Source: a virus (lineage: Duplodnaviria; Caudoviricetes). From it: 64,000 bases of DNA. The translations under genes and the position numbers were made by a program. Positions 8,904 to 18,379 of this stretch are shown in pieces (within the stretch, counting starts at the first letter, position 1; every line of letters begins with the position of its first letter). The notes beneath the pieces were generated by a model, which saw only the letters and a program-made list of their open reading frames with translations, searched no databases and was not told where the DNA came from. Location: positions 6,491-70,490 of the IMG/VR virus record IMGVR_UViG_3300020045_018276. One strand, 5' to 3'.

Positions 8904-9625
8904 TAAATCTTACACTACTCTGGGCAAAAGCAAAGCCATACGTATTTCTACTAATCGGACTCGCTATCGGGTATTTTCTATTTCAGGGATGTCCGGGAAA
9001 CTCAACAAACGATGACGCGGTAAAAGCGCTTAATACAAGCCTTGCTGAGTCGAAGAAAAAAGAACTCGCATTATTGAAGCAGAACGATACGTTGAAAAAT
9101 GAAAAGCAATTGTTCAAAGATTCAATAGCAGCGTACGTTGAAAATGAAAAATCATACGTTGCGGAAATTGCCTCATTGAAAAAACGAGGCACCGAAAAGA
9201 AAGCGGAAATCAAAGTTTACAATACGAATGATTATGCTGAATTCTTTGCGTCGAGATATCCTGAAGTAGCAGATGGAATTTCAATTACGTCAACAGGATT
9301 GACGATTACCGACTCGGTTGCAAATCCAATTGCAACCGACCTGATTTCTTTCGATGTTTCACTCTTGGAGAATAAAATCAAGGATAAGATTATTATCGAA
9401 AAGGAAAAGACCATTTCCGCTCAGGATTCAATCAACGAGAAGTCTGAACAGGAAAAGAAAAACCTACAAGCAATTGTCGATCAAAAAAACATCGACGACG
9501 ATAAGCAGAACAAAACCATAAAAGACCAGCAGAAATCAATCAACCAAAAGGAAAACGCAAATCTGTTTTGGAAAATTGCTGCAGGAGTTACATTCGGAAT
9601 AGGAGTATTAATTGGCACTAGATAA
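8900..9625 (+). CDS. spanin candidate (unimolecular architecture)
   Basis: hydrophobic N-terminus ending in lipobox-like LFQG|C, long coiled coil, C-terminal TM segment; follows the endolysin. Confidence 0.55.
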   Translation: MINLTLLWAKAKPYVFLLIGLAIGYFLFQGCPGNSTNDDAVKALNTSLAESKKKELALLKQNDTLKNEKQLFKDSIAAYVENEKSYVAEIASLKKRGTEKKAEIKVYNTNDYAEFFASRYPEVADGISITSTGLTITDSVANPIATDLISFDVSLLENKIKDKIIIEKEKTISAQDSINEKSEQEKKNLQAIVDQKNIDDDKQNKTIKDQQKSINQKENANLFWKIAAGVTFGIGVLIGTR

Positions 9626-10001
9626 TATGGAAAACAAAAATATGTTGCAGGAAATTCGGAAGAAAAAAATTCCCGATGTAATCAAAAAGTACGAAAAACT
9701 AATTGAAGATATTTTTGCTGCCGTATCGAAGCCGTTTCCAACTTTTGAAAACTTCACAAACTCGGATGGAGAGGTGACTCAAACGAGTGAGCAACAAATG
9801 TATGCGTTCATATCGGTAAGAAAATCTGCGGTAGACAACGCCGACCGAATGCTTCTTCAGATAAACGAACTTGAACGAGAACTGTACGACCCAACTTTCC
9901 ACGATAAAAAAGAAAACGACGAAGACGAATCGCCGCCTGCTGGAAATATTGCAAAACAAAAGGCAGCGGCCAAGAAATTAAACTCAACCCCGCAAGCATG
10001 A
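9612..10001 (+). CDS. terminase small subunit candidate
   Basis: helical 129-aa ORF overlapping the start of the large terminase. Confidence 0.5.
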   Translation: MALDNMENKNMLQEIRKKKIPDVIKKYEKLIEDIFAAVSKPFPTFENFTNSDGEVTQTSEQQMYAFISVRKSAVDNADRMLLQINELERELYDPTFHDKKENDEDESPPAGNIAKQKAAAKKLNSTPQA

Positions 10002-12235
10002 TATTCTATCTCGGAGAAAAAGTTGAAGTCGTAGAACCCAAAGTCCGTCAGTTGAAAAACAAGGCGAACTCTTGGAAGTACGGCTACAATGAAGCTATCG
10101 ACACCGTAATAATTTCAAAGGACGGTACATTGGGCGAAGTATTCCGGGTGAATGGGTTGAATATCGGACTTCCGGAAATGCCTGACCACAAGGAAATCAT
10201 CAACCACGATAAGACTCCGCAAAATCAGAAATGGGAACGTCAGCCGATGCCGGTCGGACTCACTGAAAACAACCAACACAAGCACAAGGAATACATCGAC
10301 AAGGAATATGACCGTCGCGAACAGGGCGTTTGGATTTATGTCAACGGGAAACCGATTTATCTTTCCAGAGTCTATTACTACTTCCTGCAGTGGATCCGAG
10401 AAGGAAATAAATATCCGAACTTCCGTGTTATCCAAAACGAATTGATGATTTACTGGGAAGCGTGTAAGGCCGACGAGCGTTCTTTCGGAATCTGCTTCGT
10501 TAAGCCTCGACGTTTCGGCTGGTCCGCGCTGGGATTTACTGAATTGCTGGAAGCAGGTACCGCCGAGGAAAATAAACTTCTCGGAATGATGTCAAAAAAA
10601 GGAACCGATGCGAAGAAGATATTCAATCGGATGGTTCGTTCATTCAAGCGTCTTCCGTTTTTCTTTATGCCGGAACTTGACGGTACTACTACACCGAAAA
10701 CAGAATTGGTATTTGCCGAGCAGTCCAAAAAGAGAAAAGTCGGTGAGCAGATTACGGCCGGCGGCGGACTCGATACTTCAATCACCTGGCACAACACCGA
10801 GATTAACGCGATGGACGGTGATGAAATATTCCGTTCAGTCATCGATGAAATCGGTAAATTTCCAAAAGATGTGCCGGCGTCAGAATATTGGTCAATCGTG
10901 CAAACTTCACATACCATAGGTTCAGAGATAGTCGGAAAGGCAATGGTTGGATCAACGGTAAATGCCTTGAAAAAAGGTGGCGCCGAATTCAAATCCATTT
11001 ACGATGACAGTGATCCGCACCAACGCCAAGAAACAGGAGAAACAAAATCTGGGCTCTATCGATTATTTATATCAGCAAAATTCTGTCTCGCGGGATTCTT
11101 TGACCAATACGGATTCAGCGTTGTTGATGACCCCGCAACCCCGTTTATAAATGACCTCGGAAAATTAACCAAGATAGGCTCAAAAACTTTCCTCCGACAA
11201 AAGCTCGAAGCATTAAAAAACAAGCCTGAGAAATACAATGAACGTTTACGTCAGTTTCCGGACACCGACGAAGATGCTTTTCGTGACGAGGCCAGTGACT
11301 GTAATTTTAATCTGACGAACCTTATCGACCAGATAAAATATAATTCATTCGATTTGAATGACCGGTTTGACGGTGACGAGGATTACTACGGAAACGACGA
11401 AGTTGAGCGCGGAAATCTATTTTGGAAAGACGGTATTCAAGACTCGGAAGTTATTTGGCGGCCCGATCCGGAAAATGGCCGATGGTTTATAAAAAGCAGT
11501 TGTCATCCCTCGAAAGAGTTCAGAAACAAAAAAGAAAAGAAGTTCAAGAACGGAATTTTAGCTTGGTCGCCGATGGCTGAACATCAAGGATGTTTCGGTG
11601 CCGACCCGTATAACAGGGACAAGTCAGCGGATGGTCGCGGCTCGAAAGGAACTATCAGCGGAAGCACCAAAACCAATACGAGCGATATGCCGAACGAGGC
11701 GTATGTTCTGGAATACTATGACAGGCCGAGAACCGTGACCCAGTATTTCGAGGACGTAATTATGACCTGTGTTTATTATTCATGGCCGGTGCTCGGCGAA
11801 CTTTCAAACGAGGCATTCCTTAAACATTTGTACGACCGGGGCTATCGAAATTTCAGCATGAATAATCCGTTCAAAAAATGGCACGAATTATCAGATACGG
11901 AAAAGAAATATGGTGGAGCGCCGCCTCAAGACCAGAAAATCGGGGATGCCCAATTTTACGCAATCGAAGAATACATAGAAGAATATGTCGGAGTCGCGCG
12001 CGATGAGTCTAATAGAGATTTAGGAACGATGGGCGATATGCCTTTTTCGAGAACACTTCGCCAGTGGAAGGATGTCGATTTAAAAAACAGGACAAAGTAT
12101 GACTTATATATCAGCTCGTCGTTGTCAAGGCTTGGAAATCAAAGACGCTCTGTTCCGGTCGCCGAAGAACCAAAGCCAATGTCGATGCCATTCAAGACAT
12201 ACGATAATTCAGGAATGGTTTCAGTCATAAATTAA
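9998..12235 (+). CDS. terL: terminase large subunit
   Basis: KPRRFGWS Walker A-like, VIDEIGK Walker B, GADPY RNase H-like nuclease motif. Confidence 0.85.
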   Translation: MIFYLGEKVEVVEPKVRQLKNKANSWKYGYNEAIDTVIISKDGTLGEVFRVNGLNIGLPEMPDHKEIINHDKTPQNQKWERQPMPVGLTENNQHKHKEYIDKEYDRREQGVWIYVNGKPIYLSRVYYYFLQWIREGNKYPNFRVIQNELMIYWEACKADERSFGICFVKPRRFGWSALGFTELLEAGTAEENKLLGMMSKKGTDAKKIFNRMVRSFKRLPFFFMPELDGTTTPKTELVFAEQSKKRKVGEQITAGGGLDTSITWHNTEINAMDGDEIFRSVIDEIGKFPKDVPASEYWSIVQTSHTIGSEIVGKAMVGSTVNALKKGGAEFKSIYDDSDPHQRQETGETKSGLYRLFISAKFCLAGFFDQYGFSVVDDPATPFINDLGKLTKIGSKTFLRQKLEALKNKPEKYNERLRQFPDTDEDAFRDEASDCNFNLTNLIDQIKYNSFDLNDRFDGDEDYYGNDEVERGNLFWKDGIQDSEVIWRPDPENGRWFIKSSCHPSKEFRNKKEKKFKNGILAWSPMAEHQGCFGADPYNRDKSADGRGSKGTISGSTKTNTSDMPNEAYVLEYYDRPRTVTQYFEDVIMTCVYYSWPVLGELSNEAFLKHLYDRGYRNFSMNNPFKKWHELSDTEKKYGGAPPQDQKIGDAQFYAIEEYIEEYVGVARDESNRDLGTMGDMPFSRTLRQWKDVDLKNRTKYDLYISSSLSRLGNQRRSVPVAEEPKPMSMPFKTYDNSGMVSVIN

Positions 12236-12239
12236 ATGT

Positions 12240-12278
12240 TACACGAAATTACACTTATTGTAATTTATTGTAGATTTG
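12240..12278 (+). promoter_or_regulatory. portal operon promoter with TACA/TGTA array
   Basis: TACA 12240, 12250; TGTA 12259, 12269; -7 box TAGATTTG at 12271-12278. Confidence 0.65.
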
Positions 12279-12309
12279 TAAAAATTATTACCCCATAATA
12301 CCTACCAAT

Positions 12310-14718
12310 ATGAGTTTGATAAAAGTTGTTTCCGGAAACCCTGACCCGTTCGCTTCGTTCGAAGAAAAGAAAAGCGACGAGTACGGATTGAAAATTGGCG
12401 GCAAAATCGGGACCGAGTGGTTTAACGGCGGAACAATCTCAAACGGCTGTGTATTTATGAAGCGTCGGGAATACGTCGTCAGCAACAGATTGTTTGTCAG
12501 AGGCGAACAAGACACGAAGATCCATAAAGATTTAGCAAAGCGCGGGGACAATGATATGAATCTATTGAACCTCGATTGGGAAAATGTAAACCACGTTGAG
12601 AAATTCTGCCGATTAATCTCCAATGGAATTTCAGAAGATACTTACCGATTGAATGTACGGGCAACAGACACACTTTCCGTAAAGCTCAGGACTAAAAAAG
12701 TAGACGAGTACAGAAAATTTATGGCTGCGAAACCAATGCTTGAAAAGGCAAAAAAAATTCAAGGAATCGACTTGATGCCGACCAATGCGATACCGGAAGA
12801 CGAAGACGAATTGCAATTACAGATTAAAATTAAAGACCGCCCGAAAATCGAGGAAGCCGAAGAAATCCTGATTGACTTTGTGAAGAAAACGAACGATTGG
12901 AATTACATTCATAATGCGGCCAATGTCGATGCGGTTGACAATGGACTTCTCGGATGTCGAGTATGGACGGATAAGAATAATGGCGTGATGCTGGCTTACG
13001 TTGACCCTGAAAATTATATCCACAGTTACATAAACAGAAATGATTTCGCGGATAAATATTATGAAGGCGTTGTTGACACCATCACACTTTCTGATCTAAA
13101 ACGCGAAAGTGATTTCGACGATATGCAATTACGTAAAATCGCAAAAACCTATTCGGTAAAAAACGGCGCCACTTTCGGTTTCAATTTTGATAAATGCTCA
13201 ATGGATAGCATCATCGACTATCAAATTGACGTTCTAAGATTTGCCTGGAAAACCTCAAAGCAAATTACGTTCAAACAAAAAGTAAGGAAAGGGGAAGTTG
13301 TAAAGACCAGCCGCAAATCAGATACTTTCCAGGCGCCGGATCGTGAAGACGTGAAAATGATTTCAAAGAAACTCGACACTTGGTTTGAAGGAAATTACAT
13401 TCCCGGCGCCAATGCAATTTACGGCTATCAGGAATGCGAGAACCTTGCAAGAGACACAATGAACAAAGCGTTATCTCCATTTGTTTTCCGTGCCACCAAC
13501 ATCTATAAAAACCAGCCGCAGTCGTTCCTTACTAAAATCAAACCGATAGCAAGGAGAATGCAGGATGCTTTATTGAAATTGCAATTACTGATTCAGGAGT
13601 TACGCCCTGATACGATTGTAATAAACACCAACCAGCTCGCCGAAATCAAAACAGGCAAAGGTACTCAAGGTGAAAAATGGCAAGGCGCACTCGATATTTT
13701 CCAAGTCAAGGGTATTATCCTTGAACAAACGATTGACATGGGCGAAATGGGGAAAGATAAATCAGCACCGGTTCGCTCACAGGCTTCCGCTCAGGGTACG
13801 GCAATCATTCCGGTAATGAACGCACTCGCCTACTATTATAATCAAATCCGTGATATTACCGGTGTGAATGAAGCGCGCGATGGCTCGATGGCTCCGGACG
13901 CACTCGTTGGCGTTAATCAAATGGCCCAACTTGCAAGTAATACAGCCACCAAACATATTGTCGACGCTTCGGTTGATTTCAATTTAAAGGTCTGCGAACT
14001 TATCTCAACCCGTCTTCACGGAATCTTCAAGCATAAGGAAGCTGATCACCTACGTAAAATATACGAGGCCGCAGTCGGAAAACATTTCATGGATGCCGTA
14101 GAAGTACTTGCCGACCGCCATTTGCACGAATTCGGTTTCGTGTTTGAAATGCTGCCAACCAAAGAAGAACTCGCGAAATTCGAGCGCTATTTGACTATAT
14201 GCATTCAAGACAGTAGCATTGATGGAGAAGTTGTAATGGAGGCCGAGCGTATTGCTAAAACGAATATCAAACTTGCGGTCGATTATCTATTCTTCGAAAG
14301 AAAGAAAAAAATGAAACAGCGTCAGGAAAACGAAATGGCATTGTCCGCAAATAAAAGTCAGAATGATGCCGCCGCCGCCGCAAGTAAAGCACAGTCAGAT
14401 ACTCAATCATACGGACAGAAGAAACAGATTGATTTAGGATATGCCGGCCAACTTGCGCAGATCGAAATTCAAAAAGCCCAAGCATTACAGCAAATCGCCC
14501 AGCCGGTAGCTGACCAAGAATTCAAACAGGAAGTGTTTTTAGCGCAAATTCAAAAATCTTCCGACTTGAATGTAAAGCGATACCTCGAAGACCGTAAGGA
14601 TGACAGGACAAAATTACAGGCCACGCAACAATCGAAATTAAAAAAGCAATCGCAAGTAAATGGTGAGCCAATTGATTTTGAAGAAAATTGGGACTTGGAA
14701 AATTTAGTTGAAAATTAA
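12310..14718 (+). CDS. portal protein
   Basis: 802 aa, directly after terL; N-terminus EKKSDEYGLKIG..I..EWF resembles crAss-like/flavophage portals; helical C-terminus. Confidence 0.8.
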   Translation: MSLIKVVSGNPDPFASFEEKKSDEYGLKIGGKIGTEWFNGGTISNGCVFMKRREYVVSNRLFVRGEQDTKIHKDLAKRGDNDMNLLNLDWENVNHVEKFCRLISNGISEDTYRLNVRATDTLSVKLRTKKVDEYRKFMAAKPMLEKAKKIQGIDLMPTNAIPEDEDELQLQIKIKDRPKIEEAEEILIDFVKKTNDWNYIHNAANVDAVDNGLLGCRVWTDKNNGVMLAYVDPENYIHSYINRNDFADKYYEGVVDTITLSDLKRESDFDDMQLRKIAKTYSVKNGATFGFNFDKCSMDSIIDYQIDVLRFAWKTSKQITFKQKVRKGEVVKTSRKSDTFQAPDREDVKMISKKLDTWFEGNYIPGANAIYGYQECENLARDTMNKALSPFVFRATNIYKNQPQSFLTKIKPIARRMQDALLKLQLLIQELRPDTIVINTNQLAEIKTGKGTQGEKWQGALDIFQVKGIILEQTIDMGEMGKDKSAPVRSQASAQGTAIIPVMNALAYYYNQIRDITGVNEARDGSMAPDALVGVNQMAQLASNTATKHIVDASVDFNLKVCELISTRLHGIFKHKEADHLRKIYEAAVGKHFMDAVEVLADRHLHEFGFVFEMLPTKEELAKFERYLTICIQDSSIDGEVVMEAERIAKTNIKLAVDYLFFERKKKMKQRQENEMALSANKSQNDAAAAASKAQSDTQSYGQKKQIDLGYAGQLAQIEIQKAQALQQIAQPVADQEFKQEVFLAQIQKSSDLNVKRYLEDRKDDRTKLQATQQSKLKKQSQVNGEPIDFEENWDLENLVEN

Positions 14719-14724
14719 TCCGCT

Positions 14725-16314
14725 ATGAAAAAAATATTGTTCTTCTTATTACTTAGTGTCTCCGTCCAATCCCAATGCCTGACCGCTACAACTTGGAATG
14801 GAACATTATGGTCGAATGGCGCTCCAAATGTGACAACTGTTGCAAGGATTGACGCTCCGTATATTATTACAGGAACGGCGCCATACGTAAATTTCGACTG
14901 TTGCGATTTGATAGTCAATTCAGATTTACAGATTAACAACGGCAGATTCGTTACAGTTCAAAACGATGTAAAGGTAAACGGAAATCTCGTTGTGAAATCA
15001 GGAGGTAAACTTTGCCAATTCAGTAATTCACCAAATAATACAGGAGTCATTACGGTCGAACGGACGACACCGGTACTTAAATTATACGACTACGAATATT
15101 GGAGTTCGCCTGTGAATACAACCATCAATCAACCGCTTGGTACTTGGTGGGATTTCCGAACTTTCTTTATGAATGCGTCGAATTGGTTTGATGTAGAGGA
15201 AACTTATAACGGTAACTGGATATCAAACAATCCCGATAATCAGGATGATAACGGCGATGCTTGGACGTTGGCGCCACAATCGATGGTTATGGTTCCGGCA
15301 CAAGGGATAGCGTCGATGGTCAATCCCGCATGGACTTTCCCAAACACGCAGACCGTAATTTTCACAGGAGCGCCGAATGCGGGAATTATAAACATACCAC
15401 TTCAATTAAGCGCAAACGTCCTTGATGATAAAGACGATGCGAACCTTACAGGAAATCCTTATCCAGCACCAATATTAGCCGATACGTTCATTATCGATAA
15501 TATTCCAAACATCACCGGAACCATCGCCTATTGGACGCATCAGGGAAGTTTGAGCGCTTCATATCCGGGATTGGAACAACTAAACTTCCTTGCTTCGGAT
15601 TATGCTTTCTATAATCTATCGGGAGGTATAGCAGCCACGTTCGGCGGAAATGTACCTACTCCATTCATTCCAAGCTGTCAGGGATTTATGGTCGATGCCG
15701 AAACCAATTCCAACTTAGTTTTCAAACCTTCGTATATGGCTGCGGGATATCCAAACAATGGATTTTTCAGAATCGGGGACGCGAAGAAATTACGTCTTTC
15801 TATCAAAAATGGAACCAACGAACTGTTCTCGCAAATCCTTTTGAATTACGAATCAGGAACGTCGATTAATTACGATTACGGCTATGACTCGAAAACAAGC
15901 AATGCTAAAGTACCGATTAAATTATACTCGATAGAAAACCATAAATTCAATATCCAGGCGCGCGGCGAATTTGAAATTTCGGACGTGGTGAAAATCGGAT
16001 ATAAATCTGCCGTCGCCGAGTCATTTACTATCTACATCGACAGCATTGCCGGAATTGATAATGCGTACATCAAAGACATCGGGGTCATTCATAATCTTCC
16101 CTACACATTCACTTCCGAAATCGGAGAATACAATGACCGGTTTGAAATCGTTTACGACAACCAACTAAAAAATATTGAATTCACCAAACTTAAAGACTAT
16201 GAGTTTGAATTATTCGATATGTCGGGGCGAAAAGTAAGCAATCAAACTACTACACAGGGAATCTATATCGTCCATGTTTTAGGGACGAACCAATCATTCA
16301 AAATAATCAAATAA
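14725..16314 (+). CDS. secreted protein with degenerate T9SS type A C-terminal domain
   Basis: signal peptide MKKILFFLLLSVSVQS|Q; GNPYP, QGFMV, DRFEIVY; C-terminus FDMSGRKV...QGIYIV...FKIIK. Confidence 0.75.
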   Translation: MKKILFFLLLSVSVQSQCLTATTWNGTLWSNGAPNVTTVARIDAPYIITGTAPYVNFDCCDLIVNSDLQINNGRFVTVQNDVKVNGNLVVKSGGKLCQFSNSPNNTGVITVERTTPVLKLYDYEYWSSPVNTTINQPLGTWWDFRTFFMNASNWFDVEETYNGNWISNNPDNQDDNGDAWTLAPQSMVMVPAQGIASMVNPAWTFPNTQTVIFTGAPNAGIINIPLQLSANVLDDKDDANLTGNPYPAPILADTFIIDNIPNITGTIAYWTHQGSLSASYPGLEQLNFLASDYAFYNLSGGIAATFGGNVPTPFIPSCQGFMVDAETNSNLVFKPSYMAAGYPNNGFFRIGDAKKLRLSIKNGTNELFSQILLNYESGTSINYDYGYDSKTSNAKVPIKLYSIENHKFNIQARGEFEISDVVKIGYKSAVAESFTIYIDSIAGIDNAYIKDIGVIHNLPYTFTSEIGEYNDRFEIVYDNQLKNIEFTKLKDYEFELFDMSGRKVSNQTTTQGIYIVHVLGTNQSFKIIK

Positions 16315-16321
16315 CCATTTT

Positions 16322-17473
16322 ATGGTATCACGATTTAAGGTTTACGACTCGGAGATTATCAAACATCTTAAAGAGCCGAATCCGAAAGGCGCTTATGAAA
16401 TCTCAAAACTGATTTTAAAAGGCGAAAAGCGGGAAGATGAAGATGGGTTAGGGAAATATATTTCGAGGAATGGAAAATCGCTTCTTGATGACCATGAAGG
16501 AATTTATGCGGCCACAAATGAAATCGACGTAAATAATTCCGACGTCAAACACATGTGGATTAAAAGCGAAGGCGTGAGTGCTTTCGTTCCAAATCCGAAT
16601 TATGTGCCGAGGGAAGCTGCCGAGGTGAATGATTTGCGAGAAGCGCTGATTGAAGACCTGCGGAAGTACTCTCCGAAATTCCCGAAATTAGTTCGTGAGA
16701 AAAATGACCGGTCCCACCTACTCGTAATTTCACCATGCGACGTTCATATCGGAAAACTATGCTCTGCATTCGAGACGGGAGAAACCTACGAAAGTCAACT
16801 CGCAGTTCAAAGAGTCCGGGAAGGCGTGGCCGGATTGATTAATAAAACACAAGGCTTCAGTATTGATAAAATACTCTTTGTAGGCGGAAACGATATCCTC
16901 CATATCGATAGCCCGTCAAGAACTACCACAAAAGGAACTCCCCAAGATACTTCGTTAATGTGGCACGAAAATTTTATGATCGCCAAACAGCTTTATGTAG
17001 AAGTTTTGGAATCATTACTTACAGTCGCCGACGTTCATTTCGTTTTCAATCCATCAAACCACGATTACGTTCATGGGTTCTTCTTGGCAAATGTTGTGCA
17101 GACATATTTTAGAAACTGTCCGAACATCACATTCGACTGCTCTCTACTACACAGGAAAGGTTTCAGATACTTTAATAATCTAATCGGAACAAGTCACGGT
17201 GATGGAGCGAAACCGGGAGATTTGCCACTATTAATGGCTCAGGAATATTCTGTTGACTGGGCTGGAACAAAACACCGGTATGTTTACATTCACCACCTGC
17301 ACCATAAAATCGCAAAGGATTACATCGGAATCACTGTTGAGAACTTGAGAAGCCCGAGTCCTGCAGACGCATATCATCATAAGCACGGGTATCAGCATGC
17401 GCCTCAAGCAATTGAAGCTTTCCTGCATGATAAGGAGCACGGGCAGATAGCGAGGTTTAATCACATATTTTAA
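16322..17473 (+). CDS. calcineurin-like metallophosphoesterase
   Basis: DVH, GND, SNHD, SHGD and HHLHH metal-binding motifs. Confidence 0.8.
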   Translation: MVSRFKVYDSEIIKHLKEPNPKGAYEISKLILKGEKREDEDGLGKYISRNGKSLLDDHEGIYAATNEIDVNNSDVKHMWIKSEGVSAFVPNPNYVPREAAEVNDLREALIEDLRKYSPKFPKLVREKNDRSHLLVISPCDVHIGKLCSAFETGETYESQLAVQRVREGVAGLINKTQGFSIDKILFVGGNDILHIDSPSRTTTKGTPQDTSLMWHENFMIAKQLYVEVLESLLTVADVHFVFNPSNHDYVHGFFLANVVQTYFRNCPNITFDCSLLHRKGFRYFNNLIGTSHGDGAKPGDLPLLMAQEYSVDWAGTKHRYVYIHHLHHKIAKDYIGITVENLRSPSPADAYHHKHGYQHAPQAIEAFLHDKEHGQIARFNHIF

Positions 17474-18129
17474 TGATAGGTATTTATAAAATCACAAATC
17501 CAAAAGGAAAAATTTATATTGGACAAAGTGCTAATATAGAGCAGCGGTTTACCTATTATTCAAAATTGTATTGCAAGGGGCAACGTAAATTGTACTATTC
17601 TTTGCAAAAATATGGGCCAGAAAAACACTCTTTTATTATACTTACCGAATGCGAAATTTCAGATCTAAATAAACTTGAGCGATACTATCAAGAATTATAC
17701 GATTGTGTTGGTAAAAACGGGCTGAATCTAATGCTTCAAAACACAGAAACGCAACGAAAAATAATGTCTATAGAAACTAGACAGATAATCTCACAGAATT
17801 TGATAGGAAGACTCCAAAGCAAGGAGGCTAAATTAAGTATTTCTATAAAAAATAGCGGAGAGAATAATGGAATGTTTGGACATAGACATAGTGAAGAATT
17901 TAAATTGAAACGAAGACAGCATAAACATACTCAGGAAAGCCTTGAAAAAATATCCACTAGGTCAGCCGGCGGAAACAATCCCAACGCAAAAATGGTGTTG
18001 GATTTAAATACAGGAGTATATTATTCACATATCGGAGACGCGGCAAAAGTACTCGGCGTTCCGTATGATAGATTAAAGCAATGGCTTAATGGACGGAGAA
18101 AAAACCTATCCTGTTACATATATTGCTAA
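17473..18129 (+). CDS. free-standing GIY-YIG homing endonuclease with NUMOD3/NUMOD1 repeats
   Basis: GIYKITNPKGKIYIGQS; GENNGMFGHRHSEE; GGNNPNAKMV. Confidence 0.9.
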   Translation: MIGIYKITNPKGKIYIGQSANIEQRFTYYSKLYCKGQRKLYYSLQKYGPEKHSFIILTECEISDLNKLERYYQELYDCVGKNGLNLMLQNTETQRKIMSIETRQIISQNLIGRLQSKEAKLSISIKNSGENNGMFGHRHSEEFKLKRRQHKHTQESLEKISTRSAGGNNPNAKMVLDLNTGVYYSHIGDAAKVLGVPYDRLKQWLNGRRKNLSCYIYC

Positions 18130-18255
18130 TCACCAACCATTAACTTCCTTCAATAATTTCCTATACCGGTCATTCAACTTCTCGTCATTACTTCCTTTAG
18201 TGAGAAGATTGTCCATCTGTTTTTGCACTTTCTCCAACTGTTCCTTTGCTTCCAT
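18130..18255 (-). CDS. small helical protein (41 aa)
   Basis: manual translation MEAKEQLEKVQKQMDNLLTKGSNDEKLNDRYRKLLKEVNGW; divergent from the scaffold promoter. Confidence 0.5.
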   Translation of the reverse strand: MEAKEQLEKVQKQMDNLLTKGSNDEKLNDRYRKLLKEVNGW

Positions 18256-18290
18256 GATTTATTATTTGAATTGTAAAGATAGTCTCCATT

Positions 18291-18351
18291 TACAATTATT
18301 TACAAAATTTTACAATAAATTACAATTAAATAGAAAAAACTTATAACTTTG
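18291..18351 (+). promoter_or_regulatory. capsid operon promoter with phased TACAA array
   Basis: TACAA at 18291, 18301, 18311, 18321; -7 box TAACTTTG at 18344-18351. Confidence 0.75.
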
Positions 18352-18379
18352 CCGTATCATATAAGATAAAACTATTGTT

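Noticed and set aside
10450-10998. Long antisense ORFs inside terminase, tail and ejection genes (e.g. 10450-10998, 3578-3943, 32893-33258, 42568-43038)
   Set aside because: Shadow ORFs opposite well-supported genes, with no motifs or expression signals.
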